Shown here: piece after piece, positions 56,478-64,000 of the stretch
How the letters are laid out: each line of letters begins with the position of its first letter
Numbering within the stretch: the first letter of the stretch is position 1
Assembly (NCBI GenBank): GCA_051874955.1
Contig: JBJEGJ010000055.1
Location: 127,094-191,093, forward strand
DNA: 64,000 nucleotides
From: Candidatus Gastranaerophilaceae bacterium
Lineage (GTDB): Bacteria > Cyanobacteriota > Vampirovibrionia > Gastranaerophilales > Gastranaerophilaceae
Reading direction: 5' to 3'
Notes under the pieces: generated by a model
Database searches by the model: none
What the model saw: the letters and a program-made list of their open reading frames with translations, nothing else
Told to the model about the DNA's origin: nothing
Made by a program: the position numbers and the translations under genes

Positions 56478-57169
56478 CTTTTTAATCCCAATGCGGTTGA
56501 TACATTCCAATCTTTGACTTTAAGTTTTAATTCAACTCTGCGGCTTTTGTCGTAATCTTCAATTCCTTTTTCGTTAAGAACAGGCTCATTGTAGCTTTTA
56601 CCTTCTACTACAACAATTTTTCTGAATTGATCGGCATAAGCCTTGTTGTAATTTGTTTTGAAGATATATTCAGCTACAGCATTAGCTCTTTTTAAACTCA
56701 AGTCCATATTCTTTAAAAACTGTTCATCTTTAGAAGTGACACCTGCAAACATTTGTGAATCCGTGTGTCCTTGTATATAAATATATTGAATTTGTTCTGC
56801 CAGTTCTTTATCGGCAAAAATGGAATTTATATATATAGGTGCAAGTTTGTCTAAAAGTTTTTTCCCTTTAGGTGACAGTTCCCAGCTTGATAATTCAAAA
56901 AGTTCCACATCGGAAATTTTCAAATCACCTGTCATTTTATCAATATCAACATCAATATTTTCTTTTTTTAATTCGTTACTGATTTTTTCGGAAACTTCCA
57001 TTTGAACTTTTTGCTGTTGGATATTTTCCTGAGTGAAACCTGTCATAGCAAGTACAAACAGAGTTATAAATATTATGGCAAGACCGAGTAAAAGGTCTGC
57101 CATTGTAACCCAGAAAATATTTCCGTTGTCTTCGTCGTTATTATGTTTTCCTCTGAATTTTATTGCCAT
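56474..57169 (-). CDS. MotB-like stator subunit (TM with conserved Asp + OmpA-like peptidoglycan-binding domain)
   Basis: [16 protein letters not shown] matches the MotB W.VTYAD.MT.L plug/TM motif. The C-terminal OmpA-like domain has GHTDS ... SLKRANAV ... SRRVEL. Confidence 0.75.
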   Translation of the reverse strand: MAIKFRGKHNNDEDNGNIFWVTMADLLLGLAIIFITLFVLAMTGFTQENIQQQKVQMEVSEKISNELKKENIDVDIDKMTGDLKISDVELFELSSWELSPKGKKLLDKLAPIYINSIFADKELAEQIQYIYIQGHTDSQMFAGVTSKDEQFLKNMDLSLKRANAVAEYIFKTNYNKAYADQFRKIVVVEGKSYNEPVLNEKGIEDYDKSRRVELKLKVKDWNVSTALGLKR

Positions 57170-57179
57170 TTAAGTCCTT

Positions 57180-58088
57180 TTAGAATAATTCATCCACAAC
57201 ATCCGTTGCTTTTCTGTCTTTTAGTGATTCTTTTAATTGTTTGTTCATTTGGTTAAGTCCGAAAATTAAATTTTCCAAATACGGCACGAGGTTTGTTGCC
57301 ATTGCTGCATTGAATTGTGCTTTAAATTGGTTTGGAATTTCTGTTATCATGTTAGCCGAAGAATTGTTTTGGAGTTTTGATTCTCTGAGCAATTCATACA
57401 GGAATTTTTCGGCTGAAATTGTTGCAAATAAATTTCCCATAATCTCTTGAATTTGAACAAGCGGAGCTTTGCACATTCTGTTATAAAGAGATCTTTCTAT
57501 TAGCAGGTATATTAGAGATGAACCTACTGCAACAACCGAAACCAATGCCGCTGTTTGCATACTTGTCATAAAATTTGAAACAGATGCGATGGTTTTTTCT
57601 TGAGTTGAAAAATCAATTTTACCAAATGCAATTGCAATGTTCAAAAACGTAAATAACGGACCAAAACCTGTCAAAACCGTCGGGATTGTTTGTATCATCT
57701 TAAAGTTGAATTTTGAGGTAACCAAAGATTCTTCATTAAAATAATACAGCGGATCTGACGTTGTTTGAACATTTTGTACGGTTGAAGAAATATCTTGATA
57801 TTTGTAATCTTTTCCTTCGGTTTTAAGCGCTACAGATTCTGAAAACACAAGGGTATTTTTAAATTCTGTCCACATTGCAGAAACATAAGGGTTTTGATTC
57901 ATCCAACTGTCAATTTCCTTAAACCGAAAATTTAAGTCATTACGTTTAAAATGCTGCATAAATCCAATAAGGGTTTGCAGGTTTTTGCCGGTTTGATAGT
58001 ATTTTGTATAACAGTATATTGTTGATAATATGAAAACGCAAATTACGATTAAAATCGGTAAGTCAGCCAAATATTTTAAAAAATCCAT
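57180..58088 (-). CDS. MotA/TolQ/ExbB-family proton-channel protein
   Basis: TolQ/ExbB-like topology (TM1, a ~110-aa loop, then TM2-TM3) with LTGFGPLFTFLNIAIAF and AALVSVVAVGSSLIYLLIE. It lies 10 nt upstream of the MotB-like gene. Confidence 0.65.
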   Translation of the reverse strand: MDFLKYLADLPILIVICVFILSTIYCYTKYYQTGKNLQTLIGFMQHFKRNDLNFRFKEIDSWMNQNPYVSAMWTEFKNTLVFSESVALKTEGKDYKYQDISSTVQNVQTTSDPLYYFNEESLVTSKFNFKMIQTIPTVLTGFGPLFTFLNIAIAFGKIDFSTQEKTIASVSNFMTSMQTAALVSVVAVGSSLIYLLIERSLYNRMCKAPLVQIQEIMGNLFATISAEKFLYELLRESKLQNNSSANMITEIPNQFKAQFNAAMATNLVPYLENLIFGLNQMNKQLKESLKDRKATDVVDELF

Positions 58089-58204
58089 TTTTTACTCTCC
58101 ATTATATGCAAAACATTGTATCATATATAGCCGCTTGTTGCAAATAATTATGCGGTTTTCTGCGAAAATATACTTGTACTAAAAAAAACTATTTTACTAT
58201 AATG

Positions 58205-58870
58205 CTAGTCTAATATAAATTTCAAGCAAAAATGCAAATATTTACCAATTAATATCAGTACAAAACTTGCAATAATATCGTAAATAATTTTAAGACCGCT
58301 TTGGGCGCAAATCCAGCCTGATATAAAGTCAGTGCCGGCATGTTTTAGAAGTGCAATAATAGCCATATAAATAATTCCGAGAATATGAATTGTTAAAACT
58401 CCGGCTACAGTTGCTTTTATCATAGCAGGAAAATCATATTTTCGACCCAAAAGGTTTCCTGCAATAACTGTTGCGGGAATATATGCAAGAATGTACCCAA
58501 ATCCGTATTCAAAAACGTATTTTATTCCTCCGCCCAATGCGAAAACGGGAACAAAAAATAATCCGGCTATAATGTATAACAATATTGAAGTTAATGCCAT
58601 TCTTTTACCTAAAACCGAACATATAAACATAATTATCGGGATTTGCGGAATTAAACAGAAAGAAAAAATAAAATCTTCCGCCGAAAAATTCTTTCCTGCA
58701 AACAAGTCATTCGGTAAAATGTAATGTCTAATATTTAAGTTTATAAATGTAGACATAAATATTAACAATACGCCAAAAATTATTACGACAAAATTTGCCC
58801 AAGGAATTATAATTTTTTTCTTGGTTTTGTCCGGTCTGGTCATTTTAGGTATTAAAACTTCCTGACTCAT
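58205..58870 (-). CDS. Probable BioY-family biotin transporter S-component
   Basis: About 6 TM segments, with GFGYILAYIPATVIAGNLLG resembling the BioY TGGYL.GF motif. It overlaps the rimI stop by 4 nt. Confidence 0.5.
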   Translation of the reverse strand: MSQEVLIPKMTRPDKTKKKIIIPWANFVVIIFGVLLIFMSTFINLNIRHYILPNDLFAGKNFSAEDFIFSFCLIPQIPIIMFICSVLGKRMALTSILLYIIAGLFFVPVFALGGGIKYVFEYGFGYILAYIPATVIAGNLLGRKYDFPAMIKATVAGVLTIHILGIIYMAIIALLKHAGTDFISGWICAQSGLKIIYDIIASFVLILIGKYLHFCLKFILD

Positions 58871-59400
58871 TTAACTTTTATTTTCCCCTCAAGTTCTTTT
58901 ACTATCTGTTCATATTTGTTTTTAAATTCATCAAAAAATATATTTTTTGTCCACATTATCAGAGCGTCTTCGTTATTGTTTTGGTAATAACCTTTTCGAG
59001 TTCCAAAAGACGTAAATCCGTATTTTGAATACAGATTTATCGCAGGTTCATTGCTGACGCGGACTTCAAGAGTTATATATTTAATTTTTTCTTTGTAGCA
59101 ATCGTTTATTACTTGTTGTAACAGAGCTTCCGCGTATTTTCTTCTCCTGTAATCAGGTGAAATCGCGATTGTTGTGATATGTGCTTCTTCTAAAATATGC
59201 CAGCAACCTGCGTATCCCGCTAAAACCCCGTCGGTATTAAATAGCGCATAATATCTTGCGAGTTCGTTATTTATTTCGTTCAAAAAGGACTCTCTTGACC
59301 AATGATGAGCTCCGTATGACGCTTCTTCGATTTTTATAATGCCGTCTATATCTTCCGGCGTTATTTGTCTGATTGTAACTGTTTCAATATCTGTTTGCAT
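58867..59400 (-). CDS. rimI: Ribosomal-protein-alanine N-acetyltransferase (RimI-type GNAT)
   Basis: IRQITPEDIDGIIKIEEASYGAHHWSRESF and the acetyl-CoA motif RRRKYAEALL. Confidence 0.8.
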   Translation of the reverse strand: MQTDIETVTIRQITPEDIDGIIKIEEASYGAHHWSRESFLNEINNELARYYALFNTDGVLAGYAGCWHILEEAHITTIAISPDYRRRKYAEALLQQVINDCYKEKIKYITLEVRVSNEPAINLYSKYGFTSFGTRKGYYQNNNEDALIMWTKNIFFDEFKNKYEQIVKELEGKIKVK

Positions 59401-59524
59401 ATTCCCATGTTAGCATAAGAAAAATAATAATCATAATATTTAGTTAATTGTAACATTTAGGCAATTTTTTTATTCAAAAAAACTTTATATAAATATAAGG
59501 TAACAAAATTTAAGGAATGGTAGT

Positions 59525-61294
59525 ATGGTCGTGAACGGTGTATATGGTGTCGGTAAAGCAGTTGCTCCTGTTGTGAGAAAAACTTCAGGAATAGTTGATG
59601 ATCTTTTAAAAATGGATGATAAGCTCCTTGATGAGATGGTTGCGGCTGCTCAAAAGGCTAAAACAGGTGCATTCAGACCAACGGCAGTTTGGAACTGTGA
59701 TGCACGAACATTACAAGAAATCGGGACTAAACTTGCATATAATGATTTGCGTGCTCAAAAAATGCAAAGTTTGTATGAAAAATATCCGATTGAAATGAAG
59801 CGTATAAATTTAGACGGAACAGAACGAGAATTTACCATATTCAAAGGCTCACAAGGCGGATATAATGAAGGCTACTGGGCAAGACTTAATGGGACGGATG
59901 AACTTTACTATATTAAATATGGTAATGAAGCTCAAATTCGTTCTGAACAATTGGCTGGCGATTTGTACGAATTGGGCGGAGTTCCTTCTACCAAAAAGTC
60001 TATAGTTTCTTACAAAGAACCGGCAGCTTTTAAAAGTAAAGTGGGTGTTGCAAGCAAATATATGCCGATTAACTGTTTGCCGGAAAAAGAGGAAGCTGTA
60101 ATCGTAAGAGAAGGTTTCGGGCTTGATTGCTGGCTTGCAAATTGGGATGCTTTGAAAAACGGTAATGTCGTAATGTCAGCAGGTGATGCCGCAAGATTGG
60201 ATGTCGGAGGTTCTCTTTGTTATAGAGCCAGAGGCGGAAGAAAAGGCGCGGTATTCGGTGAAAATGTTAATGAATTAACATCATTTTTTGAAAGTTTTTC
60301 TCACTCAAAACCTTACATAAAAGATATGACAAGGGATGAATTGATTGCATCTTTGGATAGAGTAAGTTCAATCCCCGATAGCAAAATTATAGAAACGATT
60401 GACAAAACAAGGGTTAAAAATCAAACGTACTTAAAGGAAACTTTGATTGCCCGAAAAGATTATATCACGCGCTTTAGGGAACAATGTCTGTTAACTCCTC
60501 AAAATCCTTACGAAATAATTGAAGAATACATAAGACGTATTGATAACCTCGTAGCAAAAAAAGAATATAAGATTCCTTTTGAAAAAATTCAAATGTCCCC
60601 TGTGGTTACGGGTTATGTAAACGGTATTTCTATGGCGGAAAGACTTTCTCCAAGTCAGAAAAAATTATATGAAGATTCTCTTGCGGCATTTAAAAGCAGT
60701 GCAAAAAATGTAATTGTAGGAGCGGATTCGGGAAATGTTTTAAATTCTGATATGATGCTTCATTCGTCAAGTCCAAGTCATTTTCAAAGTATTATGGAAA
60801 GAGGAATAACCTCAGGTGATTTTCGCGGAGCAATCGGTTCGGGGACGGGTTGCGCAACTCAAACTCCGCTTTGTGCCGATTTTTGGGATATAAACGGAAC
60901 TTATAGTATCGGAGAATATTTTTCTCGTGTTCGTTTTAATCCCGGAGAGGCAAACTTTTTGCCGAGAACTACTCCCGGAGGTTTGTCAAACACACGTAAT
61001 GCAATGGTTTTTGTTGTAAATAAAAAGAAAGTTGCTCCGACTCTTATGCAAAATTCATTCCGAGTAAGTGATGGGAAAAACGGCAGTATTCTTTACCAAG
61101 ACGGAAATATGGCAGGTCACAGTCATTATGTTACTCATAGAGCCGTTCCGATAGGTGTTCCGATAAATGCCGTTGAAAAAATTATTATCAGAAAAGAAGC
61201 CTATACTCCGGAAGCGATTGCGCAGATAAAAGATTTTATTTCCGCAAAAGGTTTGCATATAAAATTGTACGATCTGAATGGTAATCTTTTGTAA
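59525..61294 (+). CDS. Large hypothetical protein with an N-terminal atypical kinase-like region
   Basis: It has a Gly-rich loop (GSQGGYNEGYW), a following YYIKY lysine, the helix SEQLAGDLY, a catalytic-loop-like LDCWLANWDALKNGN and LDVGGS. There is no signal peptide. Confidence 0.6.
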   Translation: MVVNGVYGVGKAVAPVVRKTSGIVDDLLKMDDKLLDEMVAAAQKAKTGAFRPTAVWNCDARTLQEIGTKLAYNDLRAQKMQSLYEKYPIEMKRINLDGTEREFTIFKGSQGGYNEGYWARLNGTDELYYIKYGNEAQIRSEQLAGDLYELGGVPSTKKSIVSYKEPAAFKSKVGVASKYMPINCLPEKEEAVIVREGFGLDCWLANWDALKNGNVVMSAGDAARLDVGGSLCYRARGGRKGAVFGENVNELTSFFESFSHSKPYIKDMTRDELIASLDRVSSIPDSKIIETIDKTRVKNQTYLKETLIARKDYITRFREQCLLTPQNPYEIIEEYIRRIDNLVAKKEYKIPFEKIQMSPVVTGYVNGISMAERLSPSQKKLYEDSLAAFKSSAKNVIVGADSGNVLNSDMMLHSSSPSHFQSIMERGITSGDFRGAIGSGTGCATQTPLCADFWDINGTYSIGEYFSRVRFNPGEANFLPRTTPGGLSNTRNAMVFVVNKKKVAPTLMQNSFRVSDGKNGSILYQDGNMAGHSHYVTHRAVPIGVPINAVEKIIIRKEAYTPEAIAQIKDFISAKGLHIKLYDLNGNLL

Positions 61295-61554
61295 AAATTT
61301 TTAATTAAAAATACACACAATAAAAATCTTAATAAAAATTTACAAAATTGATAGAAGATAGAATTACTATGACTTTTTGGCTGTAACGGTGAATATTGGT
61401 TGTTTTGTAATGTTATAAAAACAATCTATGTAAAAACATGTTACAAGTGTTTAAAATGCCCGTTAAATATACTTGCAAACAAATATTTAGCAAGTACGAT
61501 ATAAAATGACCGCATGTGCTTGCGGTAGTTTACCAAGCCGAAAATGAGGACAAT

Positions 61555-61770
61555 ATGGCAAAAGATGTAATAGAACTAGAAGGTACGATAATTGAGTCCA
61601 TGCCAAATGCTATGTTCCGAGTCAAGTTGGAAAATGACCACGAGATATTGGCACATATTTCAGGCAAAATAAGGAAAAATTTTATAAGAATTTTACCGGG
61701 TGATAAAGTTAAGGTCGAAATGACGCCTTACGACTTATCAAGAGGACGTATCACCTTTAGGCTTAAATAG
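61555..61770 (+). CDS. infA: Translation initiation factor IF-1
   Basis: [78 protein letters not shown] is present. Confidence 0.97.
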   Translation: MAKDVIELEGTIIESMPNAMFRVKLENDHEILAHISGKIRKNFIRILPGDKVKVEMTPYDLSRGRITFRLK

Positions 61771-61807
61771 AAATCTCACGTACAAAAACATAAAAAAGGA
61801 AAAAACA

Positions 61808-61921
61808 ATGAAAGTAAGATCATCAGTAAAAAAAATGTGTGACAAATGCAAATGTATTAAAAGAAAAGGCAGAATTGCCGTAATTTGCGAAAACCCTAAA
61901 CACAAACAAAGACAGGGTTAG
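61808..61921 (+). CDS. rpmJ: 50S ribosomal protein L36
   Basis: My own translation gives [37 protein letters not shown]. At 37 aa it is below the track cutoff. Confidence 0.95.
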   Translation: MKVRSSVKKMCDKCKCIKRKGRIAVICENPKHKQRQG

Positions 61922-62162
61922 ATTTTGCGTAGAGTGATGCGAGCGTAAGCGAGCAAACTCGAAGATACGCGGAGCTAATGAACGAAATTTTATGTAATAA
62001 AATGGAGTGAATGACTGCGTAGCGTAAAGCAATAATCTAATACGAACAATGTAAAGAAACAAAAACGGAACCTGCGCGTTAATCAGTAGGTGGTGAGGAA
62101 GTATTTAAGCCTCATACCAAAAAAAATCTAACAACAAAAGCCAAGAAAAGGAGAAAAGAAAA

Positions 62163-62528
62163 ATGGCAAGATTAGTAGGGGTAGACCTACCTCGTAACAA
62201 AAGAATGGAAGTTGCATTAACTTACATTTTCGGCATAGGACCGACAAGAGCTAAGAAAATCTTAGCAGCTACAGGTATTTCACCTGATTTAAGAACAGAC
62301 AACTTAACAGATGAAGATATTAAATTATTACGTAATGAATTATCTAACTATCATATCGAAGGTGATTTAAGACGTGAAATTACAATGAATATCAAACGTC
62401 TTCAAGAAATCGGTTCATACAGAGGATTGCGTCACAAGCGTAAACTTCCTTGTCGCGGACAGAGAACAAAAACAAATGCAAGAACTCAACGCGGTAAGAA
62501 AACCGGACCGGTTGCAAAGAAAAAGTAG
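62163..62528 (+). CDS. rpsM: 30S ribosomal protein S13
   Basis: The product starts [26 protein letters not shown]. Confidence 0.97.
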   Translation: MARLVGVDLPRNKRMEVALTYIFGIGPTRAKKILAATGISPDLRTDNLTDEDIKLLRNELSNYHIEGDLRREITMNIKRLQEIGSYRGLRHKRKLPCRGQRTKTNARTQRGKKTGPVAKKK

Positions 62529-62592
62529 TTTAAACGTAAGTTGCCAATACGGCAATATTTAATTTAAAAGTAACAACATAAAGGAAATAGAA

Positions 62593-62979
62593 ATGGCAAG
62601 ACCACAGAAAACAAAGAAAAAAGAAAAGAAAAATGTATTGCAGGGGGTTGTACATATTCAGTCAACTTTCAACAATACAATAGTAACTTCTACCGATACT
62701 CAGGGTAATGCTATTGCTTGGGCAACAGCAGGAGCTTCAGGGTTCAAAGGTGCAAGAAAAGGAACTCCGTTTGCAGCTCAATCAGCAGCTGAAATGGTAG
62801 CAAAAAAATCAATAGATCAAGGTATGAAAAAAGTTGAAGTTCATATCAAAGGACCTGGTTCGGGCAGAGAAACTGCAATCAGAGCAATCCAAGCTGCAGG
62901 TTTGGAAATTACTCTTATTAAAGACGTAACTCCAATCCCTCACAACGGATGCCGTCCGCCTAAAAAACGCAGAGTATAG
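62593..62979 (+). CDS. rpsK: 30S ribosomal protein S11
   Basis: Contains [18 protein letters not shown]...[14 protein letters not shown]...[18 protein letters not shown]. Confidence 0.97.
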   Translation: MARPQKTKKKEKKNVLQGVVHIQSTFNNTIVTSTDTQGNAIAWATAGASGFKGARKGTPFAAQSAAEMVAKKSIDQGMKKVEVHIKGPGSGRETAIRAIQAAGLEITLIKDVTPIPHNGCRPPKKRRV

Positions 62980-63193
62980 TATGCGTAAATCGGTGTGGAG
63001 TCCGCTGCAGACCTGCGTTGAATGGGGACTGTCAGGACGAAACATTATGTGACCGCCGTTGTGACTTAAGCGGTAGCGAAAGGAACAAAAGAACAGGCGG
63101 GAAATACACAAGATGTACAAATAGCGGGGGCTTGCGGTATAGTCCAATCGCAAACCATAGATGCCCCGCACAAGATAAAGGAGAAAATCAAAA
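62980..63193 (+). promoter_or_regulatory. G+C-rich structured spacer upstream of rpsD (candidate S4 autoregulatory leader)
   Basis: 214 nt with nested helices (CGGGGC...GCCCCG enclosing TTGCG/CGCAA, ACCGC/GCGGT, AGTCC/GGACT). It is unusually long for an rpsK-rpsD junction. Confidence 0.45.
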
Positions 63194-63796
63194 ATGTCAA
63201 GATATACAGGACCAAACAACAAATTATTCAGAAATAAAAGAGTTAAAGACTTATCTAACAGAAAGTTGACAACTTCAATGAGACAAACAGCTTCAGGACA
63301 ACACGGTGCTGTTAGAAAAAAACTTTCTGAATACGCTATTCACTTAGCTGAAAAACAAAAAATCAGATTCACTTATTTGGTAAGTGAAAAACAATTCGTA
63401 AGATACTACAACGAAGCTGCAAGAAGAAAAGGCGTTACCGGTACAATTCTTTTACAGTTATTAGAATCAAGACTTGATAACGTATTATTCAGAGCAGGTT
63501 TCGGTATTACCCGTAAACAAACAAGACAAATTGTTAATCACGGTCACGTTTTAGTTAACGGTAAAAAGGTTGATATTCCTTCTTACTTAGTAAAAGCGGG
63601 TGATGTAGTAACAGTTAAATCAAGAAGCTCAAAATACTTAAATGATGTAATCGGAATGATTGACATGGCTTGTGCTCCGGCATGGATGACAATCGACAAA
63701 GAAGCATTGAAGATTACATTTGACAGAATTCCTGAAAGAGAAGAATTAGATCCGGAAATCAAGGAACAACTTGTAATCGAATATTATTCTAAATAG
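63194..63796 (+). CDS. rpsD: 30S ribosomal protein S4
   Basis: MSRYTGP... plus the S4 RNA-binding domain (LESRLDNVLFRAGF...TRKQTRQIVNHGHVLVNG). Confidence 0.97.
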   Translation: MSRYTGPNNKLFRNKRVKDLSNRKLTTSMRQTASGQHGAVRKKLSEYAIHLAEKQKIRFTYLVSEKQFVRYYNEAARRKGVTGTILLQLLESRLDNVLFRAGFGITRKQTRQIVNHGHVLVNGKKVDIPSYLVKAGDVVTVKSRSSKYLNDVIGMIDMACAPAWMTIDKEALKITFDRIPEREELDPEIKEQLVIEYYSK

Positions 63797-63870
63797 GAAT
63801 TGTAAGTAGTAAGCATTAGCTTATATAACTAGCAATTAGGTAGATTTTAACTAACTAGGAGAATAAAAGA

Positions 63871-64000
63871 ATGGAATTAAAAATTAAATGTGTTAATACA
63901 GCAACAAGTTCTGACGGTTCACAATACGGTAAATTTGTAATTGAGCCGTTAGAAAGAGGATTCGGAACAACAATCGGAAACTCTTTAAGACGCGTATTGT
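63871..64000 (+). CDS. rpoA: DNA-directed RNA polymerase alpha subunit, N-terminal fragment (runs off the window)
   Basis: [51 protein letters not shown] is present. Confidence 0.93.
   Translation, partial: MELKIKCVNTATSSDGSQYGKFVIEPLERGFGTTIGNSLRRVL

Noticed and set aside
56474-58088. Zorya-type anti-phage system (ZorA/ZorB)
   Set aside because: The MotA-like protein is only 302 aa, without the long coiled-coil tail I associate with ZorA. There are no ZorC, ZorD or ZorE-like genes (large helicase or nuclease). The downstream genes are UPF0210, an acidic-tail protein and a small kinase.
61823-63269. Track ORFs 61823..62062 (-), 62809..63222 (-) and 63018..63269 (+)
   Set aside because: They are antisense to, or overlap, the highly conserved ribosomal protein genes and structured spacers. 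Their composition is untypical, so they are most likely non-coding.

Overview
AT-rich (roughly one-third G+C by eye), gene-dense chromosomal window. The organism looks like a diderm anaerobe: it has LpxK, Skp, MlaD and a TpsB/ShlB-type barrel, plus rubrerythrin and a trimeric HydABC-type [FeFe] hydrogenase. The gene content would fit a non-photosynthetic cyanobacteria-like (Melainabacteria-type) or similar gut anaerobe, but that is only an inference. Most genes are housekeeping: marR-MFS efflux, mntP, hsp20, hpf, secG, minCDE, aroC, nadA, rlmB, rpoD, lpxK, nth, hydCBA, skp, bioDA, rimI, and infA-rpmJ-rpsM-rpsK-rpsD-rpoA. I found no rRNA, tRNA, CRISPR array, transposase or integrase. The main finding is a paralogous protein family at 35519-36571, 51872-53920 and a minimal 110-aa member at 28906-29238. 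Members share N-terminal (MGLAASQAR...RK..EY) and C-terminal helices around a hypervariable S/T/N/Y-rich core of about 0, 240 or 570 aa. That is flagellin-like architecture, but the flagellin signature motifs are absent and there is no signal peptide. Two of the three loci sit behind near-identical sigma-28/FliA-type promoters (TAAAGTTT-N11-GCCGTA). The third is co-transcribed with a Gly/Ser-rich protein. Possibly related elements in the window are a MotA/ExbB-like plus MotB-like stator pair, a leaderless FlgJ-type glucosaminidase and a PilMN-PilO module. Other notable items are a prepilin-like/XRE two-gene cassette embedded between mosaic arrays of about 161-bp hairpin repeat modules with 167-bp identical direct repeats, a pair of small five-Cys paralogues, a G+C-rich structured intergenic region upstream of hpf, structured spacers in the alpha ribosomal operon, and a large kinase-like protein.
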